Assembly: GCA_964362385.1 (NCBI GenBank)
Contig: CAYIEH010000002.1
Location: 1 to 36,541, forward strand
DNA from: an uncultured Candidatus Saccharibacteria bacterium
GTDB lineage: Bacteria; Patescibacteriota; Minisyncoccia; UBA6257; UBA9933
Length of the DNA stretch: 36,541 nucleotides
Direction: 5' to 3'
The notes beneath the pieces are model-generated. The model was not told the DNA's origin. It made no database searches and saw only the letters and a list, made by a program, of their open reading frames with translations. Positions 22,538 through 31,917 of the stretch are shown here, in pieces; position 1 is the first letter of the stretch, and each line of letters begins with the position of its first letter. A program made the translations under genes and the position numbers.

Positions 22538-23146
22538 TTATTGAACGGTTATCTGACCGCGATTATTGACTTTGATTATTTTTTCAGTCTGGCCCGTGGA
22601 AGATTTTATCTTTACCAGCGCCTCTGCCTTATTCGGATTATTGTCAATAACTATATTGGGATTTGGCGGAATAAAAACAATGTTATTTAAACCCAATTCG
22701 CTAAACTTTACATTTTTATCCAGATAAATCTTTTCAACGCATTCCGCGTAATTATGGCAATCTCCTTTGGAATCTCCGCTGTAAATAAAATCAATATCAG
22801 AACATTGCGGGTCAGAACTCGGAGATAAATCTTTAAAGATAACGATGATATTGGGCAAAGAGAAATTAACGCCATATCCGCAGGGCGCTTCGGACTGGCT
22901 GAAAGCCTCCAGACCAAAAGATTTGGCGCGCTGAAGCGCGCTTATAATTTTTTGCTGGTCCCTGAACAAAAGCAGTTGATTTTCCGATGTGCGGCTATAA
23001 AAAACCAGCCCCGCAGTAAGCAAAAGAGTTATTCCGAAAACCACCAATAACTCCAACAGCGTGAACCCTTTATTGCCGCGCTCAGCGTGGCTATAATCAC
23101 GCTGAGTGTGATTGCCGCAACTTTTATTTCGCAATTTATAGTTCAT
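22538..23146 (-). CDS. Prepilin-type N-terminal cleavage/methylation domain protein (minor pilin) with an unusually long leader
   Basis: NKG-FTLLELLVVFGITLLL motif preceded by a 27-aa leader. Confidence 0.7.
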   Translation of the reverse strand: MNYKLRNKSCGNHTQRDYSHAERGNKGFTLLELLVVFGITLLLTAGLVFYSRTSENQLLLFRDQQKIISALQRAKSFGLEAFSQSEAPCGYGVNFSLPNIIVIFKDLSPSSDPQCSDIDFIYSGDSKGDCHNYAECVEKIYLDKNVKFSELGLNNIVFIPPNPNIVIDNNPNKAEALVKIKSSTGQTEKIIKVNNRGQITVQ

Positions 23147-23149
23147 AAC

Positions 23150-24061
23150 TTAATATAAAATTCCGAAAAATTTGAAATAAAAATCAATAATTTGGAATCC
23201 GAAGAAAAAAGTCAATGCCGCGCCGATTGCCAGAAACGGCCCGAAAGGAACCACGTCTTTCATTGTTTTTTCTTTTTTAGCCAATAAAAACAACGAACTG
23301 ACGGCGCCTGTTATAAAAGACAGAAATAAAATCATCAAAAAATCGGGCCAGCCGAAAACTAAACCCAAAGCTCCCGCTAATTTAAAATCGCCCCATCCCA
23401 TTGCCTTTCCGCGGCTTAAAATTATGATTAATCCGAAAAAAATCATTCCAAACGCCGCGGCGAAAATATGGTTCAGCCATACATTGCTGAAATATCCGAA
23501 AAGAAGATAATAATGGCCAATGAAGGAAGTTGCGAGTTGCGAGTTGCGTGTCGTAAGTGTGATTAGAATAATCCCGCAAATCGCCAATAAAATATTTATC
23601 GCGTCGGGAATGATATAATTGCGGAAATCAATAATAGACAGCAATATAAGCAATAAAAAGACCAACAACCAACAACCAACAACCAACAACTGCAAATAAT
23701 TAAAGCCGTAAGTTGTAAGTCGTAAGTTGCTCGCCTCGCTGAAGCCTTGGCGAAGCAAGTAAGTCAAAGAAAGGGGGACAAAAACAAAAATCAATCCGGT
23801 TAAAATTTCAATCAAAGGATATTGCAAAGACAAACGGCGTTTACAATGGAGGCATCTGCCTTTTTGAATCAAAAAACTCAAAATAGGAACCAACTCATAC
23901 CACGCCAATTGTCTGTGGCAATCGGGACATTTGGAACGGCCGTTTATTGTTTTTAAATTAAAAAACCCGTTGTTTGGCTGATAACGCAAAGAGATAACAT
24001 TTAAAAAACTGCCGATTCCCAGCCCGAAGAGAAAAAGAACGAAAAAATTAAAATAATTCAT
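23150..24061 (-). CDS. pilD: Prepilin peptidase (A24 family, PilD-like)
   Basis: N-terminal CPDC...CLHC zinc motif. Catalytic Asp contexts IIDFRNYIIPD and GWGDFKLAGALG. Confidence 0.85.
   Translation of the reverse strand: MNYFNFFVLFLFGLGIGSFLNVISLRYQPNNGFFNLKTINGRSKCPDCHRQLAWYELVPILSFLIQKGRCLHCKRRLSLQYPLIEILTGLIFVFVPLSLTYLLRQGFSEASNLRLTTYGFNYLQLLVVGCWLLVFLLLILLSIIDFRNYIIPDAINILLAICGIILITLTTRNSQLATSFIGHYYLLFGYFSNVWLNHIFAAAFGMIFFGLIIILSRGKAMGWGDFKLAGALGLVFGWPDFLMILFLSFITGAVSSLFLLAKKEKTMKDVVPFGPFLAIGAALTFFFGFQIIDFYFKFFGILY
23527..23547. repeat. Heptanucleotide tandem array (gagttgc-like x3) inside pilD
   Basis: Units are aagttgc, gagttgc, gagttgc. It encodes TRNSQLATS. Confidence 0.8.
23661..23688. 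repeat. Heptanucleotide tandem array (accaaca x4, perfect) inside pilD
   Basis: Four perfect copies. It encodes part of LLVVGCWLLV. Confidence 0.85.
23707..23727. repeat. Heptanucleotide tandem array (Ngtaagt x3) inside pilD
   Basis: Units are cgtaagt, tgtaagt, cgtaagt. It encodes LRLTTYG. Confidence 0.8.
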
Positions 24062-24171
24062 ATAGAATCCGCTAAGACACCAAATTAAACGTATTCGTTT
24101 ATTCTAAAAACCTTATTGCATTCGCAAGTTATTCGCGTATTAGCGGCCATTAGTGTTTTAGCGAATTCTCT

Positions 24172-24663
24172 TCAGAATTTCACGCAAAGATATTGGGTTC
24201 CTTTACTGCAATCAAGCTGAGGATTGGTACAGCTATAATCCTGATGGTCGCCGTGATAGGACTCGTTCAACGCGGAATGTCCCGCAGTGGAAAGTTTTGC
24301 CGCCAGAATATAACTTTGCTTGTCGCTGGCAGCGCAATAGATATATTCCTGACCTGATACTGGATCACTTGGCACATTGCTGATCCCTAAATTAGAACTT
24401 TCCAAAGCAGTCTTCAGACTGTTCCAATTGCTGCCGGCGTCAGGATAGGCTCTATTATTGGCATTATAAAGAATTTCCAAATAACTTTGGACTTTCTGCA
24501 AATCCGAAATCCTTCTTGAATCATAAGCGCCCGCCCTGAATCCTCTTAAGCCGACCAAAAATACCGAAGACAAAATCGCGATAATGGCGATAACAATCAA
24601 CATTTCAATTAAAGTAAAACCCCGTTTAGAAATCTTTTTAAATTTAATGTCTGTTTTTTTCAT
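24172..24663 (-). CDS. Type IV pilin (candidate major pilin)
   Basis: KRG-FTLIEMLIVIAIIAILSSVFLVGL class III signal. Cys-containing C-terminal region. Confidence 0.8.
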   Translation of the reverse strand: MKKTDIKFKKISKRGFTLIEMLIVIAIIAILSSVFLVGLRGFRAGAYDSRRISDLQKVQSYLEILYNANNRAYPDAGSNWNSLKTALESSNLGISNVPSDPVSGQEYIYCAASDKQSYILAAKLSTAGHSALNESYHGDHQDYSCTNPQLDCSKGTQYLCVKF

Positions 24664-24825
24664 AATATCGGTGAGAATTTTGTTTTTGGTTTTACGCCGT
24701 TATATAAGATTTCTAACGGGGCAAAACCTCTATTTCTCATACATAATAAATTTGTATTATTTTCGACCGTTTACGCTCCCTAAAATGAAGCGGTTATAAA
24801 TTCTGTTTTTAAATTGTGATATCAA

Positions 24826-26040
24826 TTAAACCTTAAATCCCTGAATTAAATTATATATCGGTATCAATATTGAAGCAAACAGCAAACCGATGAAAATGCC
24901 GATAAAAGCAATTACAATCGGCTGGATTAATTCACCCAAACGATTCATTAAATCCTCAACTTCTCTGGTGTAAAAACTTGAAACTTTAAATAAAAGCTCT
25001 TCTAATCTTCCGGTTGCTTCTCCAATAGCAACCATCTGGCCGACAAGAGACGGAAAGTAATCGGAACTTTTATTTAAAGCGCTGGAAAGCAATTCCCCTC
25101 CTCTGACGCTCTCGCTTACGTTATGAAGAATATCCCTGTATATGTAGCTTCCTATTGAATGGGCTGTTATTTCTATCGCTTGAGCTATGGGAATTCCGCC
25201 TTTTATTAAAACACTTAAGGAATCGGCAAATCTGGCGACATACATTCTTTTAAACATTCCTCCTAAAATAGGAACCCTGAATAAAATTTCATCTAAAACA
25301 ATTTTGCCCTCATCGGTTTTAAAATAATCTATGATTAAGAAAATAGCCGGGATGATTATCAAAATAATTGCCCACCACCAATTGACAAAAAAAGTTCCGA
25401 CGCCAAAAATCGTTCTTGTATACCACGGCAAATAAACATTTGATTCTTCAAAAACAGGCTTGATGTTCGGCAAAACAATTGTCACCAAAAGAATCACGAC
25501 TGCCACAAAACCAAGAATCAAAAAAGCCGGGTAAATTAAAGCATTGATTGTTTTTGAACGCCACATTCTTTGTTTTTCCAAATAGTCGGCCAGATAATTC
25601 ACCGCTTCTTCCAATCGTCCGGTAATTTCGGCTGACCTGATCATGCTTATGTAAAATTCAGAAAACACTTTATTCTGGCGTTCCAGCGCTTTTGACAGCG
25701 ACAGCCCGCTGTCAATATCAGAAGCTATTTCAAAAATAACTTCCTGTAAAATTTTGTTTTTAGTCTGCTTGTGAAGATTTTTTAAGGAATCGTTCAGGGG
25801 GACTTTTGATTCAAGAAGCGTGGCAAATTGACGCGTAAAAATCATCAGATCCGTCAAGTTCACTTTTTTAAAAATATTCAAAATATTCCCGTACCAATGG
25901 ACAACTTCGGCGCTTTCCAAGCTTAAAATGAATAAATTATGAGAAGTTAAAATATTAACCGCGCCTTCTTTTGAAGCGGCGGTGATGAAACCAACTTGCA
26001 GTTCCCCGTCTTTGGTTCTTGCTTGATATTTAAACTTCAT
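24826..26040 (-). CDS. pilC: Type IV pilus platform protein PilC (GspF family)
   Basis: Two T2SSF repeats, three TM segments, 404 aa. Confidence 0.85.
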   Translation of the reverse strand: MKFKYQARTKDGELQVGFITAASKEGAVNILTSHNLFILSLESAEVVHWYGNILNIFKKVNLTDLMIFTRQFATLLESKVPLNDSLKNLHKQTKNKILQEVIFEIASDIDSGLSLSKALERQNKVFSEFYISMIRSAEITGRLEEAVNYLADYLEKQRMWRSKTINALIYPAFLILGFVAVVILLVTIVLPNIKPVFEESNVYLPWYTRTIFGVGTFFVNWWWAIILIIIPAIFLIIDYFKTDEGKIVLDEILFRVPILGGMFKRMYVARFADSLSVLIKGGIPIAQAIEITAHSIGSYIYRDILHNVSESVRGGELLSSALNKSSDYFPSLVGQMVAIGEATGRLEELLFKVSSFYTREVEDLMNRLGELIQPIVIAFIGIFIGLLFASILIPIYNLIQGFKV

Positions 26041-26060
26041 AAAGTATTCGCGATTGCTCT

Positions 26061-27134
26061 TTAACTTCTTTCCAATAAAATCCTCAATTCGCTCGGATTT
26101 AATGAATAAAGCTCCGCTTTTTCTAAAGAAATTTCTTTGGTTTTCACCAGAGTTACCAACGAGTGATTCAAATTTATCATTCCTTCCTGCATGGAAGTTT
26201 CAATAACCAGATCAATTTGATAAGTTTTTCTCTCCCGAATGAGATTGCGAATCGCGGGATTGGTAATCATTATTTCGCATGCCGGAATTCTTCCTCCCTC
26301 AACCCGCGGTATCAGACGTTCGGAAATTATTCCCACAAGTGTTGCCGCAAGCTGAGAAGCAATCTGACTTTGCTGCTGAGGCGGAAAACTGTCAATAATT
26401 CTGTCTATGGTTTGAGATGCGGAATTCGTATGCAAGGTGGAAAAAACCAAATGTCCGGTTTCTGCGGCTGTCATCGCGGTGGAAATAGATTCTTGATCCC
26501 TCATTTCACCTATCATAATCACATCGGGGTCCTGCCTTAATAAAGATTTTAAAGCCGAGTGGAAATCCAATGAATCAATTTTTACTTCTCTCTGGGAAAT
26601 AATTGATTTGTCCTGAGTAAAAACATATTCAATCGGATCTTCAATAGTGATGACGTGATCTGTCCTTGCGTGGTTAATTTCGTCAATTAAAGCGGCGAGC
26701 GTTGAAGACTTGCCGTGTCCCGCCGGACCTACCGCCAAAATAAAACCCTGGGAAAGTTTAGTAAAATCATGGAGAATAGGCGGCAAATTCAGTTCCTCAA
26801 TGGTTTTGACCTGAGCCGGAATCAGACGCAACGCCGCAGCCATATAACCCTTCTGATAAAAAACATTGACGCGAAACCGGGCTTTGTCTTCAAAGGTATA
26901 AGAAAAATCAATTTCCTTTTCCTTTAAAAAAATCTCCTTCTGCTCCGGTGAAAGAAGCGATAAAACCAATCCCTCAATCGCCTGAGGAGTTAAAATAGAT
27001 TCTTTTTGAAGTGGAATTAAAATTCCGTCAATGCGGAGCGTTGGATATCTGCCTACCGCAAGATGAAGATCAGAAGCGCTCTGGCGCGCCGCTGTCAGCA
27101 ATAAATCATTAAGTTGTTGTTTATGGTCTGCCAT
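26061..27134 (-). CDS. pilT: Twitching-motility retraction ATPase PilT
   Basis: Walker A GPAGHGKSST, Asp box, Walker B IMIGEMRD, His box TLHTNSA, and no N-terminal GspE_N domain. The track start 27170 is TTG; ATG 27134 (MADHKQQLNDLL) is preferred. Confidence 0.85.
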   Translation of the reverse strand: MADHKQQLNDLLLTAARQSASDLHLAVGRYPTLRIDGILIPLQKESILTPQAIEGLVLSLLSPEQKEIFLKEKEIDFSYTFEDKARFRVNVFYQKGYMAAALRLIPAQVKTIEELNLPPILHDFTKLSQGFILAVGPAGHGKSSTLAALIDEINHARTDHVITIEDPIEYVFTQDKSIISQREVKIDSLDFHSALKSLLRQDPDVIMIGEMRDQESISTAMTAAETGHLVFSTLHTNSASQTIDRIIDSFPPQQQSQIASQLAATLVGIISERLIPRVEGGRIPACEIMITNPAIRNLIRERKTYQIDLVIETSMQEGMINLNHSLVTLVKTKEISLEKAELYSLNPSELRILLERS

Positions 27135-27382
27135 AATTTTATAACCCAGCCGTCCATGCTTTAATGACAAAGTTATTTTTGTTTCTATTCGCTTAGACGG
27201 CTGGGTTATTTAAAATTATGAGCACCCCGCCCTCTATGCGCATTTTTAAAAAGTCCCGTATTGATTCTTATAAAAAATTATAAACCTATATCCTTTCTAA
27301 TTCAATATGTTTAGAGGGCGGGTAATAGGTTTGACACCTAAATTTCCTGCGCCTATCGGCTTGGAAATTTAGGTTAAGCCCT

Positions 27383-29137
27383 TTACATTTCCGTTGTTTC
27401 CCTTAACACCTCTTCAATTGAAACCAAGCCTTCCAGCGCTTTTAAAACGCCGTCTTCTCTTAATGTAATCATTTCTTGTCGCCCCGCTTCTTCTAAAATT
27501 TTACTCTCTGACGGACCGCCGCTTATTATTTTTTCAAGCTCCGGCGTCATTTTTAAAATTTCAAACAGCGCTATTCTCCCTGTTATTCCTTTATTTTTAC
27601 AAACATCGCAGCCCGGCGCATGAAAAATCTTATACGGCTCTTTAAAATTAATCTTTGATTTAATTTCCTGAGGAAGTTTTTCCAATTCCTTCCTGATAAC
27701 TTGCTGAATTTCCGAAGGCGCGCTGTCTGCCGCCTTGCAATTGTCGCAAAGCCGAGGCAAAAGCCGCTGAGCCACCATTAAATTCAAAGAAGCAGGCAGT
27801 AAAAATGACTGGACTTTCATATCAATTAATCTCGGAATAACGCCGATGGAATTATTGGTATGCAAAGTGGAAAGAACAATATGTCCGGTGAGCGCCGCAT
27901 GGACCGCCAATTCCGCGGTCTCTGCGTCTCTGATTTCGCCGACCATAATCACATCCGGATCCTGACGAAGAATTTGTCTCAGCCCCGAAGCGAAATCATA
28001 ACCGATTTCCGGATGCACTTGGGACTGATTTAAACCATCCATAAAATATTCAACCGGATCTTCCAAGCTGACAATATTCACATCCTCCTTGTTCAATAAC
28101 TGCATTAACGCGTAAAGAGTCGTGGTTTTCCCCGAACCGGTGGGACCGGTAAGCAAAATCATTCCGTACGGCTTTTTTATTCCCTCTTTGATGATTTCCA
28201 AATTTCTGCCGACCAATCCCAATTCTTGAAGCCCTTTCAAACCGACAGTCGGATCAAGAACGCGGATAACCACTTTTTCCCCAACTGGCGTCGGGAAAGT
28301 AGCCACGCGGTAATCAATGTCACGGCCGAAAAGAACGGTTCTGAATCTGCCGTCCTGAGGAATCCGCGTTTCATCAATTTTTAAACTGGCTAAAATTTTA
28401 ATTCTGGAAATAATCAGGGAATGAAGCTCGCTGGGCAAAGACGCGACTTCCTGAAGTTCGCCGTCAATCCTAAGTCTTATCCTGCTGCGATTTCTTTGCG
28501 GCTCAATATGAATATCGGAAGCTTTTTGCCAAACCGCTTCTTTTAATGTTGAAGAAACAATTTTAATGACCGGCACGTCTTCGGTGCCTTTCGATTTTTC
28601 TTCCAACTGAACATTTTTTTGAGCACTTCCGCTACCCGGCTGGATATTTAAAGACTTTACAGCCTCGTCAATCAAACTCCTGTATGGGGAATATCTTCTT
28701 AATATCTCTTCCCAGACAGAAGGCGTTATAATAAACACTCCGAGATTGAGGCGGCGCTGTTTGGCGAAAAATTTCAGCGCTTCTTGCGCGTGATAATCGT
28801 CGGGATTAATCATTCCCGCTACCATAAGATTGTCCTTTATTTCTATAGGGATGCTTTTGTAATTCCTTACAGTTTCTTCCGGAAAAATTTTCAGCAGTTC
28901 ATCGCCGATTTCCTTCGGGTCAATTTTTTTATAGGGAATATTAAGAAGCCGGCTTTTAAAAGCGGCTAATTTATCTTCATCAACCAAACGCCTTTCGCTT
29001 ATCAGTTCTTCCACCGGTCTGCGGCTAAAGGCCGCTTCCTGTAAGATTTTTTCACCGATATCGGCGCCTAAAAGTCCTTCTTTTGATAATCCGTCAATTA
29101 AAGTTTTATTTTCCACGCTTCGCTTATAAGATGCCAA
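27383..29137 (-). CDS. pilB: Type IV pilus assembly ATPase PilB (GspE family)
   Basis: N-terminal T2SSE_N-like domain, Walker A GPTGSGKTTT, Walker B IMVGEIRD, tetracysteine CDNC...CDVC. The only in-frame start at the ORF head is TTG (29137). Confidence 0.85.
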   Translation of the reverse strand: MASYKRSVENKTLIDGLSKEGLLGADIGEKILQEAAFSRRPVEELISERRLVDEDKLAAFKSRLLNIPYKKIDPKEIGDELLKIFPEETVRNYKSIPIEIKDNLMVAGMINPDDYHAQEALKFFAKQRRLNLGVFIITPSVWEEILRRYSPYRSLIDEAVKSLNIQPGSGSAQKNVQLEEKSKGTEDVPVIKIVSSTLKEAVWQKASDIHIEPQRNRSRIRLRIDGELQEVASLPSELHSLIISRIKILASLKIDETRIPQDGRFRTVLFGRDIDYRVATFPTPVGEKVVIRVLDPTVGLKGLQELGLVGRNLEIIKEGIKKPYGMILLTGPTGSGKTTTLYALMQLLNKEDVNIVSLEDPVEYFMDGLNQSQVHPEIGYDFASGLRQILRQDPDVIMVGEIRDAETAELAVHAALTGHIVLSTLHTNNSIGVIPRLIDMKVQSFLLPASLNLMVAQRLLPRLCDNCKAADSAPSEIQQVIRKELEKLPQEIKSKINFKEPYKIFHAPGCDVCKNKGITGRIALFEILKMTPELEKIISGGPSESKILEEAGRQEMITLREDGVLKALEGLVSIEEVLRETTEM

Positions 29138-29211
29138 TATGCCGGCTCATTCAAATTGTGCGAATGAATACAAATAAAATTTCTTTATTAGCATACTGAC
29201 ACCCCGCTTAT

Positions 29212-29505
29212 TTAGAGAGAAAAAGGATTGGATTTCCCAATCATATCGCCAGCAGGAAGCTTAAATTCAACTAACGACTTAAGGCTTCTAAATGCCTGGT
29301 TATTTAAAAGTTCTTCGGGATTGAAATTAATCTTGTTAAATTCCGTAAGCGACTCCAGTTGAGGAGAAATAAAAACTTCGACCTGAGACGGATTTACGAA
29401 AAACAAATATATGGCGGCAAGACCGATTAAAATAACGACCATAAAAGCTCCCAAAATAAACCCCCAATTTATTTTCCTTTTTTCTTCTTCAATAACTATT
29501 GCCAT
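29212..29505 (-). CDS. Small single-pass membrane protein of the pilus locus (hypothetical)
   Basis: 97 aa with one TM helix (WGFILGAFMVVILIGLAAIYLFF). It sits between the pilO-like gene and pilB. Confidence 0.5.
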   Translation of the reverse strand: MAIVIEEEKRKINWGFILGAFMVVILIGLAAIYLFFVNPSQVEVFISPQLESLTEFNKINFNPEELLNNQAFRSLKSLVEFKLPAGDMIGKSNPFSL

Positions 29506-29607
29506 TTTATTGACTTATCCGCCATAGGCGGACCCGCCTTTGGCGGGCAACCAATTACCAAAAAACTTTCTTATTCACTTTCGGTTGCTTGGTTGCTCAT
29601 TAAATTT

Positions 29608-30168
29608 TTATTGCGCTTGATAATAAACATCGACCTCTAAATTGTAATTAAACAAATCCGAGACATTGGTCATTTTTTCAACTCTCAGGCTGTTTATGCT
29701 TAAAATTCTGATATTGGTCTCAAGATTGTCAAGATACGCTTTGAACGATTCATACCCGCCAGTCAGTTTAATGTTTGACCTTAATGTCCCTTTGCTTTTG
29801 ATTAATTGCGACGCCGAAGGAGTGATTGCCAATTCTTTAGTGTCAATGGACTGGAAATCCAGCTTATTTAGAAGCGCCAGACTGCTTAATTGAAAAACTT
29901 CCTCGGAAACATTGGGGTTTAAGGGAAGGGCCAATGAAATATTTTTGGAAACATCGCCGTAATTTTGATAGGTGGAAAAAATTTTCTGGAACTTTCCGAA
30001 AATTTCCTTTTGTTCTTTTATAACCGACTCCTTCTTAGCCAGTTCTCCCTGCTTCATTTTTATTCCATCATAGGTCGGCTTGATAAAATTTGAATAAATA
30101 ATTATGGCGCCGACGATAAAAGCAAGGGCTATTATGATGGCAGAAAATCTTTTTAACGAGTGCTTCAT
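29608..30168 (-). CDS. PilO-like pilus assembly protein
   Basis: Short cytoplasmic N-terminus, one TM helix, a coiled-coil and an alpha/beta C-terminal part. It lies after pilM and the pilN-like gene. The call rests on topology and synteny. Confidence 0.5.
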   Translation of the reverse strand: MKHSLKRFSAIIIALAFIVGAIIIYSNFIKPTYDGIKMKQGELAKKESVIKEQKEIFGKFQKIFSTYQNYGDVSKNISLALPLNPNVSEEVFQLSSLALLNKLDFQSIDTKELAITPSASQLIKSKGTLRSNIKLTGGYESFKAYLDNLETNIRILSINSLRVEKMTNVSDLFNYNLEVDVYYQAQ

Positions 30169-30185
30169 AAAATTAATAATTTTGA

Positions 30186-30737
30186 CTATTGTTTAAAAAC
30201 CAAACGCATTGAAAAACTTACAACTTTGTTTTTACTCTGCTCGGTTATTCTGGAATTATCCAGAATGACCTTGCTTATGTCCGGAGATTGCTTAAACACT
30301 TCCAACTGCTGGGCTAAATTCTCAAAAGACAGCGCCTGGCCTAAAATATTCAGCTCCGGAGTGTTCCCTTTAAAATTCAGATTCAAGCTGTTGAAAGAAA
30401 CGTTCTTTAAAGTATTTTTTTCAAGGAAATCAAAAAATCTTAGCGCCCGATGCCGGGATTTCAACAAATCGCTGATGTTGTTTAATTGCGAATAAAGATT
30501 GAAGATGTTTTTCTGCTGTTCTTCGCTTAAAGAATTGGCTAACCGCTTAAGAGCGCTGTCGGCGACGCCTATTTTTTTATCCAGATAGGGCTGATAGCCG
30601 AATTTCATTCCCGCAAAAATAACGGCCGTGGTTCCAAAAATAACAAACGCCACAAAAATCAGCCTCCACGGCCAGCCGATCCTCAATTTTTCTTTTTTAT
30701 TTATTTCCTCTTCTATAATAGATTGAGTGTAAGGCAT
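30186..30737 (-). CDS. PilN-like pilus assembly protein
   Basis: Cytoplasmic N-terminal peptide, one TM helix and a coiled-coil. It lies immediately downstream of pilM. The call rests on topology and synteny. Confidence 0.5.
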   Translation of the reverse strand: MPYTQSIIEEEINKKEKLRIGWPWRLIFVAFVIFGTTAVIFAGMKFGYQPYLDKKIGVADSALKRLANSLSEEQQKNIFNLYSQLNNISDLLKSRHRALRFFDFLEKNTLKNVSFNSLNLNFKGNTPELNILGQALSFENLAQQLEVFKQSPDISKVILDNSRITEQSKNKVVSFSMRLVFKQ

Positions 30738-30800
30738 TTTATTAAATTATAACCCATTGCCCGCAATCTACAACTTTTTTAGTCGTTGCTTTTTAATTTT

Positions 30801-31862
30801 TTATACGAACTCTCTTATTCCCAATCCGATTGCCACGGCAAAAGCCGGTCCCAATTCCCTTATTAGCGGTTCAATGGACGGCGGATAGCTGACTTTTGAA
30901 AACGGATTACAGATTATAACGGGAACGTTGAACTGAGATTCAATATATTTATCAATTCCCAATAATTTAGCTCCGCCTCCCGCTAAAATTATTCTCCCGA
31001 TTTTATTGGAAAAACTTTGTTCGTATTTATTTCTGGCTCTTCTTGCTTCGTTAAGTATAGCATCAAGCAAAGGAATCATCAATGTGGATATTTCCGAACC
31101 GCCTCCTTCCAGAAGCCCCTTTTCTTTCTTTAGTTGTTCAGCCCGCCTTATATTTATGCCCAAACCGCTCGCCAAAACCTGAGTAAGGTTGGCGCCTGAA
31201 AAATCGGCTTGGTAATTATATTTCAAGGCTCCCTGGTCAACCACGATGATATTGGTGGAGCGGGCTCCGATATCAATCACTAAAGTCGGAGTTTTATCAT
31301 CGCTTGCTATGGCCCTGGTCAAGCTTAAACCTTCAACCTCCAAAGCCTTAAGCTTCAGGCCAGCTGTTCTGAAAATATTCTTATATTTATTGATAATTTC
31401 GTTCGGAACTGAAATCAGCAAAATTTGGTCTTTTACAAAACCCTGGTCGTCCTGTCTTTCTCCGACCTTAAGCCAATCAATTGATACTTCCGAAATCGGC
31501 ATCGGAATATACTGGCTTATCTGGTACTGCATTGTTTTCGCTATTTCAGCTCCAGACATTTTAGGCATTTCCAATAAAGTGATGAAAGCCGAAAAAGAAG
31601 GAATGGAAACAATGACTTCCGTAGTGCTGAATTTTGAATGAGTTAAAAGATTTTTTAAAAGTTCGGAGGTGTCCCTTTCCGACATTTTTAGCGAACTGGT
31701 CTGAATGGCGTTATTAATTCTTTCTAAATGGCCGTAGCTTTCCAAAATTCCGTAATTTTTAAGTTCCGGCTTGGTCTTGCCCTTGGCAATCTCAACAATT
31801 TTGATTGAGCTGGTCCCGATATCAACTCCCAGATAAGATTGGCGTTTTAAAAAATTTAACAT
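30801..31862 (-). CDS. pilM: Type IV pilus assembly protein PilM (actin-like ATPase)
   Basis: LGVDIGTSSIKIVE phosphate-1 motif and VIDIGARSTNI; 353 aa. Confidence 0.8.
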   Translation of the reverse strand: MLNFLKRQSYLGVDIGTSSIKIVEIAKGKTKPELKNYGILESYGHLERINNAIQTSSLKMSERDTSELLKNLLTHSKFSTTEVIVSIPSFSAFITLLEMPKMSGAEIAKTMQYQISQYIPMPISEVSIDWLKVGERQDDQGFVKDQILLISVPNEIINKYKNIFRTAGLKLKALEVEGLSLTRAIASDDKTPTLVIDIGARSTNIIVVDQGALKYNYQADFSGANLTQVLASGLGINIRRAEQLKKEKGLLEGGGSEISTLMIPLLDAILNEARRARNKYEQSFSNKIGRIILAGGGAKLLGIDKYIESQFNVPVIICNPFSKVSYPPSIEPLIRELGPAFAVAIGLGIREFV

Positions 31863-31917
31863 ACAAGGAAAATTCCGTGGGGCGTATAATGATTATGCTG
31901 TATAATTAAATTATACT

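Noticed and set aside
1156-23727. Heptamer arrays as CRISPR arrays or classical phase-variation switches
   Set aside because: The units are only 7 nt with no spacers, and no cas genes are present. The arrays are short (3-5 units), often imperfect, and occur in essential genes such as ileS. Programmed on/off switching is therefore unproven. They are reported only as in-frame simple repeats.
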